This document shows, one piece after another, positions 21,918-35,398 of a stretch of DNA of 64,000 bases. Made by a program: the position numbers and the translations under genes. This stretch comes from the human T2T-CHM13v2.0 reference genome, Homo sapiens, in NCBI RefSeq assembly GCF_009914755.1, contig NC_060927.1; one strand, given 5' to 3'. Every line of letters begins with the position of its first letter. Within the stretch, counting starts at the first letter, position 1. Under the pieces are notes generated by a model. It saw only the letters and a list, made by a program, of their open reading frames with translations. It was not told the origin of the DNA and made no database searches.

Positions 21918-23003
21918 TTTTTTTTTTTTATTTTAAGTTCTGGAGTTCATGTGCAGTATGTGCAGGTTTGTTACATAGGTAAATGTGTGCCATGGTGGTT
22001 TGCTGCACCTGTCAACCCATCACCTAGGTATTAAGCTTAGCACATATTAGCTATTTTTCCTGATGCTCTCCCTCCCTCCGCCCCCGTGACAGGCCCCAGT
22101 GTGTATTGTTCCCCTCCCTGTGTCTGTGTTCTCATCATTCAGCTCCCACTTATAAGTCAGAACATGTGGTGTTTGGTTTTCTGTTCCTGTATTAGTTTGC
22201 TGAGGTTAATGGCTTCCAGCTCCATCCATCCTGCAAAGGACATGATCTTGTTCCTTTTTATGGCTGCATAGTATTCCATGGCATATATATCTATATATAT
22301 CTATATATATATAATCTATATATATCTATATCTATATAATCTATATATATCTATATATATAATCTATATATATCTATATCTATATAATCTATATATATCT
22401 ATATCTATATAATCTATATATCTATATATATATAATCTATATATATCTATATCTATATAATCTATATATATCTATATATATAGATTATATAGATATAGAT
22501 ATATATATATATATCTCACATTTTTTTCTTTATCCAGTCTATCATTGATGGGCATTTGGGTTGATTTCATGTCTTTGCTATAGTGAATAGTGCTGCAGTG
22601 AACATACATGTGCAGGTATCTTTACAATAGAATGATTTATATTCCTTTGGGTATATACCCAGTAATGAGATTGCTGGGTAAAATGGTCTTTCTGGTTCTA
22701 GGTCTTTGAGGAATTGCCACTCCATCTTCCACAATGGTTGAACTAATTTGCATTACCACCAATAGTGTAAAAACATTCCTATTTCTCCAGATCCTTTACA
22801 GCATCAGTTGTTTCTTGACTTCTTAATAATCACCATTCTGACTGGCATGAGATGGTATCTTATTGTGGTTTTTATTTGCATTTCTCTAATGATCAGTGAT
22901 GTTGACCTTTCTTTCATACGTTTGTTGGCCACATAAATGTCTTCTTTTGAGAAGTGTCTGTTCACGTCCTTTGCCCACTTTTTAATGGGGTTGTTTTTTT
23001 CTT
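21918..23003 (-). mobile_element. 5'-truncated L1PA (older primate subfamily, ~L1PA8-13) with TSDs
   Basis: Poly-T followed by L1PA 3' UTR reverse complement. TSD gtatccgggcatctt (21903-21917) / gtatccaagcatctt (23004-23018). Confidence 0.92.
22283..22514. repeat. AT-rich (TATC/TATA/TAATC) complex VNTR inside the L1PA
   Basis: ~230 bp of tatatatctatatctatataatc-type units. Confidence 0.95.
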
Positions 23004-25183
23004 GTATCCAAGCATCTTAAAGGTGGGGCCAATATTGTCTATACCTGTACTTCGAAAGGCCTAGGTCACTATAGAATAGGCACCTTTCAGGTATTTGTTA
23101 AATACAGAAGGATAAAAGGAAGGGGGAAAGGAGGGAAGAAATAAACATCTCCATGGGCAGAACCAGGCCCTCTGGGGAAGGTATCCTGCCCAGAGAATGA
23201 CCTGTCCTGTACCCACTTCTGCCTCTGGGAACTGGGTCTGAGTTTTAGCATCTTGGGAATTTTCCAGCCCTGGCACATTTATTTCAACATGGATCCAAGC
23301 CCAAGCGGCCTTTGCTCTATTGTCAGAGTGGAAATGAGCTATAAACACATCCAACCTACCCCCTCCCTAACATCACCGCCTCCCCAGCCTGCCCCCAAAT
23401 AACTTCTCAGCCTCTGCTTGGGCTCCTAGCTCCAGGAGGGGGGTCAGTGACATGCTCTCAGGCATAAAGGCTGAGAACACATTGTAGCAATCAGCCTGCT
23501 GCTGGCACACTTGATCTTCTTACATTTATAGCTCTGTGCGGATGCAGGCACATCAGGGCACATGGGCTGACCTGGGAAGTTCCTGAGGCCGTGCCAGGAT
23601 GCTGTGTCAGGAGGCCACTGCTTATAGGTAGAACTTGCACGGATTCCTTCTAGCCTGTGTGATTTTGGACTTCCCAGCCTTTGTTTTCATTCCTGTGTTC
23701 CATGCAGGGTGGAGAAAGAGAGAAAAATGTGCTTTCCTATTGGAGAGAGCTCTGAATCTGCAGCAGTAAGTGCTTGCTAGCATCTGGATTTTACCACGTT
23801 TTGTCAGCGTGGCTAAGGTACAGAACTTCTCTGAGACTTGGTTTCCCCAGGTGCTGATCACATGAGGCTGTGTGTATAAACCAAACTTAATGCACATGAA
23901 GAGTGCTTCACAAACAGCAGAGAACTATACAATCAAATCTTTATTCCCATGCTGACAATCCTGACCCCAGGACCACTCCATGAAAATAGTGTCTGATCCA
24001 ATCAACCTCCATCTTATTAGTCTTTCTGGATGGAGTTCATAATATTTTCAATTTAATCAGACAAACTGCATCTTGGAAGGTAGGGGGAATGTCACTGTGC
24101 CAGGCAAGGAAAGTAACTCCTTTGAACCCTAACTGGTGAGATGGGGATACTGACTCTTTACCTTTCAGGGAGGCCTTTCCTGACCACCCTGGCCCACTGA
24201 GAAATCATTATTTTCTGAACCTCTCTAGCATGACCAAAAACTATATTTACAGTATGAATGTGCTCAGTCTTCCCAATCCAGTTATAAGTGCCTAGAATTA
24301 GTCCCATATATCACAGTCCTTTCTATATTTGCCCATCATTTTCCTATCATGCATGCCTATGAATGAAAATGTGTTGAGAAAATGGCTGATGGATTACCCA
24401 AGAACACCCCTTAGCAAATGAGTCACCAGACTCAGACCCCTGCTTCCTAGAATGGTATTTTTATGAAAATCAAGTTGAAGGAGGGCTCTTTGTGAGAAAG
24501 GATGTTGTTGATCCCTGTGTGCCATTCTCCCCGAGAGAAAGCGATGACAGAGATAAACACGAGGCTTCTAATTCCATAGACATGTTGTCAATTAACAACG
24601 GATGTGGCTAAACAATCCCTGTTAATGAATTGGCCTCAACCATTGCATTCTCCGTGTGTAGGCACTGTTGGCCCAGGTTAAGGCATAACATGGCATAACT
24701 GGAGAGAAACAGCTTCCTATAAGGAATCTCAGAGCTTGGAATAAAAGCAGGCTGTTCTTTTGCAGAAGAAAGGGTTTGTTGAGACGCAGGATCCTTGGAA
24801 TATGTAACGTCTTTTGGAGAAGTAGAGCCTGAAAGAGTTGAGAGTCATTTAAAAGTGGTTGTTAGCTTCATAACAAACAGAATGATTGGGATTATTACAA
24901 TGCCTGTTTTACAGATGAGGAAACCGAGGTTCAGAGAGGGGAAGGCATTTGCCCAAGGCCACACAGCTGGTAAAGGAGGTCAGCGTGGCTGGAGCAAAGC
25001 ACAAGAGGAGCAGGGACAGGCCACACGGATCTGGTGGAAGTGTAAGGGACTTTGCTCTCTCTTCTAAGAGGGCTGGGAGGCATGAGGGGTTTTAAGTGAA
25101 GGAGTGATAATGCATTCGCACTAGCAGGGGCACAGATTGGAGGGAGGCAAGCAGTTGCAAAGAGATGGATTAAAAGGCTGTTG

Positions 25184-25782
<599 letters not shown>

Positions 25783-26599
25783 CTAGGTTCAGATAGGAAC
25801 GCTCAGAGAAAACAAAGCTCTCTTCTCCCGTTAGCTCCTGCCCCATTTCTATCAGGCCATCTCTGGTAGGAGAAAGGCACCTAAGGGAAATTCCAGTGAC
25901 CTGACGGCTCCAAACACATTGTCTCAAGCCTTAGGCAGCCCATCTCTCCTCCTCCACCAATTCCAACAGCCCACTCATTTTTCTTTTTCATTTAAAAAAA
26001 AAAAAAGGCATTTCATCCCAGAAGGGCACCCCACAGAAGCCTGCCTTTCTTCCTGGAATATTCAGCACAATTTAACAGAATGTACTATTTCTTCTGTTCT
26101 GTTATGCACCAACATTCTTTCAATAAATAAGTTCTAAAGCACCTACTCTGTGCCCATTGGAATGTCCCCTGAATTGTAGCACAGGGAGGCTGTGCTATTA
26201 GCTCAGAGTTGAATTTGACCAACAAGTGCTCCCATGCTGGGTGAGAAAATCAAAACAAGTAGAAAGCCCCAAATCCCTGCCTTCGGAGTTAGAATTCCAC
26301 CATGAATGTGCCGCCCTGTGTGACCATGGGCAAATCCCCACATCTCCCTGGGCCTCAGTTTCCCCTCCTTAAAATGAGGTTATTAGACAATCTCTAAGAT
26401 CATTTACAGCTCTAACCTTCTATAATGCTCTAAGTCTGGAAGGCAAAACACACACTGCAAAGCAATAAGAGCAGAAAGGACCATCTGATGAAGCATCCCC
26501 AGTGCTGACCACAGTACAGCACATCGTAGGTACTCAATAAATACAAGGAGAAAGAATGAGTATGCACTGTACAGGAAAGGCAGAAGCACTCTGCCAAGA

Positions 26600-27140
26600 G
26601 TGAGTTTTAAACAACTGAAATGTCATTTTTCACCTAACAGACTGGAGAAAATGGAAAAAGAGAATACCCCGGAGGAATCTGAAGCTCTCAAACACTTCTG
26701 GTAAGAATGCATTTTGGAGTAGCCTCCTTCAAAGGAAGAAATTTAACAATATATATAAATTGCCTTTAAAATGTGCATGCCTTTTGACACAGTAATTAAC
26801 CCTTCTAATGATGTAACTTGAGGAAATGATTGGGCAAAAATGCAAAGAGGTATGTATACAGATGGCTGTTAAACATTGTAGAACAAGCAGAACAGGAGTG
26901 TTTATTATGTGCATCCCGCGAAAAACTGGGTAGAGATTAAAAATGAGAAGGTGGATCTTTGCTAATTGACCTAGGAAAGTATGTGTGTCTGTGTGTGTGA
27001 GAGAGAGAGAGAGAAGAAGGAGGAAGCGGCTACAGAACAGGGTATATAGAATGATGCCATTTATAAATCCACCCACAGAGAATGGTCTCAAAAGGATGTT
27101 ACAAACAAATTAACAGCAATTATCTCTAGATAGTAGGATT
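26600..27140 (+). mobile_element. Ancient L1M (L1ME-like) 3' fragment
   Basis: Degenerate L1 3' motifs (tttaaaatgtgcatgccttttgacacag...). Confidence 0.6.
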
Positions 27141-28607
27141 ATGTTTCCAGAAAGCCTCCACAGACCAGCCTGGGTATCTCCAGCCTCCACCTCTTGCTCT
27201 TTCTTAGCTGTGGAGCATGTGCCTCCCAACGCCACCCCAGGGTGCTGGGGAAGTGGGAGCATTCCCTTCAAGTGTTGTCAGAGTTTTCAACCAGCTGGCT
27301 GGAGTGTTTACAAATAACAGCTTTGATAATCGAGATGTACAGCCAGCCAGGAGGAGGCTTCCCACCCGTGAAGGATGGACCGGCTCTTTGGGGTCCTGGT
27401 GTAAGCAGAGCAGCCACATCCGAAGGCCACCAAGAGAACTGTTGCTTTCATACCCCCAGCTCTTCCTGTGGTTGCCTCGTACACAGCACTTTCTCTCCAC
27501 ATTTAAGGTGTTTGTGACATTTCATAAAGTTTCTTAAAGGTGCCCAGCTCCAACAACAATTCCTTGCAGGAAAGATGCACCAAAGAAGGAAAGAACAGCC
27601 AAAGGCTCCAGAGCTGGTGTGCTTGGGATGGTCACAAGTGGAGGAGACCTTCCCTGTGTGCATGACATCCAAGAGCTGGCCCAGGATTCCCAAGGGATCG
27701 AGGCACACCTTGTCACCCTACCTGAAGGACAGGGACCCTAGCATGCTAAAACACTAGGACCACGAGGAACACGGACACAAGATTCATCTCACACTTGATG
27801 ATTCTGGGATGAATGCAGCCTCAGGGTGCTGACTCAGCTCCCAGTGACTGAGCTGCCTCTCCAACACAGCACAAACCCGTACTCCCAGTCCTTAGCAGAC
27901 TCTTCTCAATTCCACTGCACAGCTGCTTCTGTGGCCCTGGCCCACCCTATCTGCCTCCTTTCCACCCACGCTGATCTTCCTGTACCAGGCTTGGCTCCCC
28001 AAGCAGGTACCCCAACACTCCTGTGCACACCATCTCCACACCCACACTCAGCCCATTCCCCCTACTAGGAATGATATCCCCACCCCAGCTTGTCCCCCTA
28101 ACTATCAAATTTCATACCTTGTCCACTTTACAGATGGAGAAACTGAGGCTCAAGATTTGCTAAGATTGCATGGCTAACTGGGATCAGCCAGATCTCTGAC
28201 TCCCTCCTAGCCTTTCCTCCTAGCCTGTTGCTTTTTTTCTGAGAACCGTGCTTTCTGGAACTCTGGAATAGGGTGCTAGAGAGTGGACATTCTCTCTGCT
28301 TCCTTCGAAGTGGTTGATTCCTGAAGCCTTGGCTTTTCTTAGGGACTCCTTATTCCTACCTTGTGGAACCCCTTAAAGTTCAAGGATAGCAGAGGAGGAG
28401 TTGATGCATTGACTCATGCAGGCTCACCACAGGTAAATGTACAGGCCCTGGAATCAACGTTGTATGGGGGAGTCATGCAGACTTGGATTTAAATCTGGAT
28501 GCCACCACATACTAACAGTATTACCTTGAGTGACAGCGCCAATCTCACTGTGCCTCAATTAACCTGACTCACAAATGGGAATGAGTTTCCCATTTGTGTA
28601 ATACCCA

Positions 28608-29235
28608 TGTTTTCAGTTACTGTGGCTACATAGCAAGTTGCCCTAAAGTGTAGTGTTTTCAAACTTATTTTGCTCATGAAACTGTGAGTTGGGGCAGGGC
28701 TTGGCAGGGACAGCTCATCTGTGCTCCAGTAGACATTAGCTGGAACGATGGAAAGGCAAGGGCTCGAATCATCTTATAGATTGTGAGGCCTGATATCCCA
28801 CATAGATCACAGTCAACTCTGGCTGTCACTGGGAACTTAGCTGGGGCAATGGGTCAGCTGCCAATTCTGGCTGTCACTGGAAGCTTAGCTGGGGCTGTGG
28901 GTCAGATGCCTAGGCATGGGTTCCTAGGCTCCCTCAGGAAACAGTGGCTGGTTTTCAAAAGCAAGCATTGAGAGAGAGGGAGAAAGAGATAGAGTCCAAG
29001 ACAGAGAAAGTCAGAGACAGGGAGACACAGAGAGAAACAGAAATGGGGAGAAAGAAAGAGGCAAGAAAAAGCCATATCACCTTTTGTAACAACCTCAGAA
29101 GTCATATTGCATTACTTCTGCCATATTCTATTCAATAAAGCAGTTACAAAGACCCACCAGTTTTCAGGAAGAGGAGAAATAGACCCTGCCTCTTGGAGAG
29201 AAAAAAAGCAAGATATTGGGGGCATCTGAGACCAA
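28608..29235 (-). mobile_element. MLT1 (MaLR) solo LTR with an internal 48-bp tandem duplication (28818-28910)
   Basis: ttattttgctcatgaaactgtg...cagggcttggcagggacagctcatct...cctcagaagtcata. Confidence 0.75.
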
Positions 29236-30429
29236 AAGTATTGTTGTGCCATTTTGGAAAATACATGATTATACCATGTCACTCAGTTGTTCAAGTTGAT
29301 TCAATGCATGATGCCTGGCACATAGTGGGTACCTATACAAATACTAGCTATTATGTAGCTGCCTATAAGAATGCCTAAGAGTACAGGGGCCATAGGTTAG
29401 AATCAAATGACCAGGCCCAGTAGACCAAGCTGGAGTCTGTTCTCTATACCCCAAGCAAAAAAGCTTGAGGTCCACTCATAGCCACCCCAATTTGAGTGAA
29501 CCAGGGTGCCAATGACAAAAGCACTAGAAATCCATGGTAGTGAGAGTTTTCCCCATGTGCCCCTAAGCCCACACATCCATCACACCCCAGCAGTATTACC
29601 CAATGTTCCAGATTAGGAGCCAAGGGTGTTGGTCCTAAGCAAGACAGAAAGTACTGAGCAAATAGCCTAGAAATGAGAACAGAAACTTCTGCAAACTGCA
29701 GGGCCAGTGGAAACACAATGCAGCTTCCAGAAAGAGAGGGTCAGATGTCTTGTATCTCACCAAAAACAGTCATGTAGTTACAAGAGACAAGGAAAGTAAC
29801 TATATAATTACAAAGGGATCAGTTCATCAGGAGAATATAGCAATTGTAAATATATATGCACTCAATCTTGGAGCACCTAAATATATAGAGAAAATATTAA
29901 CAGAACTGTGAAGGGAAAAATAGCAATATAATAATAGGAGAGAACTTCAATATCCCGGTTTTATTCATGGATATATCACACAGACAGACAATTAATAAGG
30001 AAATAGCATAGTTGAATAAAACTATAGATCAAACGGACCTAATAGACACATTGGGACCATCAGAGCATTCCATCCAACAGCAGCAGAATACACATTTTTC
30101 TCAAGCACACAAAAAAACATTCTCCATGTACTAGTCCACAAAACAAGTCTTAACAAATTTAAGAAGGTTGAAATTATATCAAGTATCTTTTATGACCATA
30201 ATGCTACAAAACTAGAAATCGATAACAGGAGGAAAATTGGAAAATTTGCAAATATATGGAAACCAATACCATACTTCTAAACAACCGATGAGTCAAATAA
30301 TAAATCAAAAAAGATATTTAAAAATCTTGAGACAAATGAACAAATGAACATAGAAACACAATATACCAAAACTTATGAAGTGCAAGAAAAGCAGCTCTCA
30401 GAGGGAAGTTAATAGCAAAAAACAAGCAA

Positions 30430-30636
30430 ACTATATATACATATAGTTTGTATACATATGTACTTATACATAATGAGATATACATATATAGTTTGTATAC
30501 AAATATACTTACACATATATAATGAGATATACATATATAATGAGATATATATACTTTGTGTGTATATATATAAATACACAGATACATATATAATAATATA
30601 TATATAGTTTGTTTGTATATATATATATGCATACAT
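30430..30636. repeat. TA/TACA-rich complex repeat at the L1 internal deletion
   Basis: Recurrent atagtttgtatac and ataatgagatatac units. Confidence 0.85.
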
Positions 30637-31722
30637 GAAGAAAAAAGATCTTGCCGGAGCAACCAGGCAAGACGAAATAATAAAAGGCATCCAAGTAAGA
30701 AAGGAAGGGGTGAAATCATCTCTTTATATATGACATGATCTTATATATAGAAAATCCCAAATGCACCACCAAAAAAAACCTTTAGAACTAATAAATGAAT
30801 TCAGTCAGGTTGCCAGATACAAAATCAACATACAAAAAATCAGTTGCATTTCTATATACTAAAAACAAGCCATCAGAAAAAGAAATTAAGAAAACAATAA
30901 CATTTACAATAGCATTGAAAATAATAAAATACTTAGGAATAAATTTAACCAAGGAGATTAAAGATCCGAATTAATATTGTTAAAATGCCTATATTACCTA
31001 AAGTGATCTCAGATTCAAAGCAATCCTTATCAAAATTCTAAAGGCATTTTAACAGAAACAGAAAAAACAATTCTGAAATTCATATGGGGTCAGAAAAGAC
31101 TCCAAATGGCCAAAACAATCTTGAGTAAAGACGAAGCTAGAGGCTTTGCACTTTATGACTTCAAACTATATCACAAAGCTTTAGTAATTAAAACAGGCAT
31201 AAAAACATGGTACTTGCATTAAAAAAATACATAGACCAATGGAACAGAATAGATAGCCCAGAAATGAGCTCACACATATATGTTCAATTAATCTTTGATA
31301 AAGATACCAAGAATACACAATGTGGAAAAAACAATCTTTCCAATAAATGGTGTTGGGAAAACTGGATATCCACATGCAAAAGTATGAAATTTGACCCTTA
31401 CACTGTGCAGAAAAATTAACTCAAAATGGATTAAAGATTTAAATGAAAGACTTGAAACTATATATTGCCAGAAGAAATCATAGGAGAAAAGCTCCTTGAT
31501 ATTGACCAGAACAATGATTTTTTTGGATATGACATTAAAAGCACAGGCAACAAAAGCAAAACTAAACAAGTGGGACTACATCAAATTAAAAAAATCTTCC
31601 ACACAGCAAAGAAAATCAACAAATTGAAAAGGCAACCTACATAATAGGAGAAAATATTTCCAAGCCATATATATAATAAGGGGTTAGCATCCTAAATATA
31701 TAAGGAACTCCTACAACTCAAT

Positions 31723-31727
<5 letters not shown>

Positions 31728-31774
<47 letters not shown>
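31728..31774. repeat. (CA)n microsatellite
   Basis: ~23 CA units. Confidence 0.97.
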
Positions 31775-31776
<2 letters not shown>

Positions 31777-32849
31777 TTAAAAATGGGGAAAGGGCATGAA
31801 TAGACATTTTTCCAAAAAAAGAGATACATATAACCAACAGGTATATGAAAAGGTTCTCAACATCACTAATCATCAGGAAAATGCAAATTAAAACCACAAT
31901 GAGATACCACCTCACACCTGCTGGGATGGCTATTATCAAAAAGACAAGCAATAACAAGTATTGGCAAGGATGTAGAGAAAAGAGAACCCCTGTACACTGT
32001 TGGTGGAAATGTAAGTTGGTACAACTCTTATGAAAAACATAATGGAGGTTCCCAAAAAAATTAAAAATAGAACTGCTATATGATCCAGCAATCCCACTTC
32101 TGGGTAATCAGCATCTTGGTATCTGCACTCCCATGTTTATTACTATATTATTTGCAATAACCAAGATATGGAAGCAACCTAAGTGTCCATCAATGGGTAA
32201 ATGGATAAAGAAAATGTGGTGTGTATATATACAATAAATATTATTCAGCCATAAAAAATAAGGAAATCCTGCCACCTGCAACAATATGGATGAACCTGGA
32301 GACATTATGCTAAGTGAAATAAGCCAGGCACAGAGAGAGAAATACTGTATGAACTCTCTTATATGTGAAATTGAAGAAAGGCAAACTCATAGAAACAGAC
32401 AGTAGAACGGTGATTACCAGGGCATGGGAGTGAGAGTGGGAGACAATAGAGAGAGGTTGGTCAAAGTGTACATTTTCAGTTGTAAGACAAATGAGTTCTG
32501 GAGATCTAATGTATAGCATAGTGACTATAGTTAATAATACTGTATTGCATACTTGATATTTGCTACGAATAGATCTTAAGTATTCTTACCACATGCAAAA
32601 AAATGTTAACTGTGAGGTCATTGATTTGTTATTAACTTGATTGTGATAATCATTTCATTATATATGCACATCAAATCATCACATTGTACAACTTAAATAT
32701 ATACAATTTTTTGTCAATTATATCTCAATAAATTATAAATTTTATCTCAATAAAGCTAGAGGGGAGGAAGAGCATTAAACCAAGCATGGGACCTCTGAGT
32801 GTGGCCTCCATGCTATGCACAGGTTACATGAAGCCATCCTGCCCAGGAG

Positions 32850-33480
32850 CTTTCTTCTCACCATCTATCCCACCTCAAGAACTATCCATTTCACATCCTA
32901 GATGTTGCTTGAAGTCATCTGCTCCCTCCATCTCCATGTCACTGCTGCAGTCTAAGCTGCCACCCACATACACTCCCTGGACAGCTGCAACCCTTCTGGT
33001 CTCCCTCCTTCTCTCCACACAGCAGCCGGTTACCTTTGAAAATGGCACATGTGCTAACATCACCTTCTGTTGGAAGTAGTTTAATGTCCTCTCCCTGCCC
33101 CGGGGGTAAAGGTCAAATGCTTTAACATGGTCCATGGGCCAGTCCCATATGATCAGGTGACCTTTATTTACACCACACTTCAAGTTCTCCAAGCTTCAGC
33201 CACTGCCCACACAACCATGGGCAAGTTATGGCTTGATCATATCTCATATCCCAGCAAATCTACCACATCCTCCAAGCTCCTTCAGGGTCTCTTGTAATAC
33301 TATAGACCTCTCCTTAGCACCTTCCAAATGTGTGATTTTACATATGTTTGTGTGGAGTTTTGATTAATGCCTGCCACCAAGGGCGGAAGCTGTGTCTAAT
33401 TGTATTCACCATATTCTCCATGCTGAGCACATTGTGTGTGCACCATTCATATGGTGAATGAGTTAGCTAATGAACCAATG
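32850..33480 (+). mobile_element. L2 3' fragment
   Basis: Degenerate L2 ending ...atatggtgaatgagttagctaatgaa. Confidence 0.6.
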
Positions 33481-34804
33481 CCTGCCACGTACTCAAAAAT
33501 CCGAGGACCGACAATATGTCCAACCATCCCATCAACTGCAACAAGAAGATGAGACTATGTTCCTTGAACAGATGTTGTGAAGATTAACTGAGATTGTGTA
33601 TAAAAAGCACTTCGCACTAGAGAGATGTTCAATAAATGTCTATGAGATGTTTTTGAAGGGACAGTGGGAAGTATGTGATGGGGGAAATCAAGGGAGCCCT
33701 TCTCTCTTCCCATCCCTTGTCCTGGAATCTGGGATTCTGGAAAGAAATTCTTAATTTATTTCTACTGTCTTATTAAAGATTTAATGCATTTCTCTTTCCT
33801 GAGGGAAATGATAGAGGGACCTCTGGGACTACCTTGGGCTGCAAAATATTCCTAGGCCAGGCAGGTGGGAGAGGGGGTGGTTCAAAACCAGGTGCAGCTA
33901 GTTCCAAACCCAGGACATTCTTCTATGCCAGATTGCCTTTCGGGGAGAATGCTTAACATAAATGAACTAATTTTGGCCTAAATTAGGTTTATCCTGAATC
34001 TTGATTTTAATCTAAATTAACTAACTGTTAGCATCAAGAGAAGCGGGTAGACACCCACCTTGCCCATATGCACAGAGCTGCCACAGACATTGCCCTTGCT
34101 CCTGAAAAGCAAGTTCAGACTCAATTAAAAGATGATTAAGTGGCCTGGCCAACTGAAACAGAAGCAGCACAGCCTCTCCCTGCCAGGGCTTCCACAGGGA
34201 CAGAAAGCAGCACAAAGACTGCTGCTGACCTTCCTGTCCAGCCTTACCTTTGACTTGCCCTCTCAGGCTGGGTTTGCAGTGCCAGGGGCCTCTCTGGCCT
34301 AAAGGCAGCTGGGCATTGTGTAGTCCCCACAAACAGCTGCCCAGTGTGTCTAGAGAAGGGATGGACACCACTAACATCCAAATGAGGCCCCAGGCAGCAG
34401 GGAACTGAGAGTCAGTGCCAAGCTCCTCTGAGCCTGCATAATTCAGAGTCTGCAGGAAGCCAAACATCCTTTAAAAAGAAGGCCAAATCATAACAACCTC
34501 CTGCATTTGTCCTGCTGTTGTTCCTCCTCAGAGCACATTCCAGTCTATTAGCTTGTTAGAGCTTCAAAAACAACCCCATGAAGTCCATAGGCGGAATCAT
34601 TATCCCCATTCTTGAGGAAAGGAAACTGAGACTCAGGGAATAATTACCAACAGTAGCAGCATGGCAATCATTACTGAGTGCTCACTGTGTGCAGAGACCT
34701 TTGCACGAACTATCTCAGTTAAATTCTGGGAAATAAATTTTATTATTATCCTCATTCTATAGATAAGAAGTCAGAGGCTGGGGAAAGTTAAATAATTTGT
34801 TTCA

Positions 34805-35070
<266 letters not shown>

Positions 35071-35398
35071 GAGATTTTCCTGGATTATATAGGTGGGACC
35101 CATGTAATCACAAGGATCCTTATAATTGAAAGGGGGGTGGGAGTGCAGTCAGTGAAGGAGTCAGAGAGATCTGAAGGTACTACACTGCAGGCTTTGAAGA
35201 TGGAGGAAGCCAAGTCACAAGCCAAGAAATGCACAGTCCTAGAAGCTGAAAGGAAACAAATTTTCCCCCAGAGCCTCTAAAAGGAAGCAGTTCTGTCAAA
35301 ACCTTGATTTTAGCCCAGTGAGACGCATTTCCAATTTCAGAACTATAAGACAATAAATTTATGTTATTTCAAGCCATCACATGAGTGAAACTAATACA
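35071..35398 (+). mobile_element. 5'-truncated MLT1C/D LTR
   Basis: gagattttcctggattat...ggctttgaagatggagga...aataaatttatgttatttcaagcca...aactaataca. Confidence 0.85.

Larger units (their letters stand above)
29757..32760 (+). mobile_element. L1MA-like element: EN-domain remnant, internal deletion, ORF2 3' half and 3' UTR
   Basis: ORF2 remnants ([11 protein letters not shown]...NKWCWENW; [16 protein letters not shown]) and an L1MA-type 3' UTR ending caataaagct. Confidence 0.9.

Noticed and set aside
24500-24800. Distal terminal exon of a long RAD18 isoform (recalled annotation)
   Set aside because: No convincing minus-strand poly(A) signal or exon boundary in the sequence.
30318-30719. Hydrophobic/Tyr-Ile ORFs here and at 45603-45905 and 50033-50545
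   Set aside because: Translations of TA/CA microsatellites or antisense L1, not membrane proteins.
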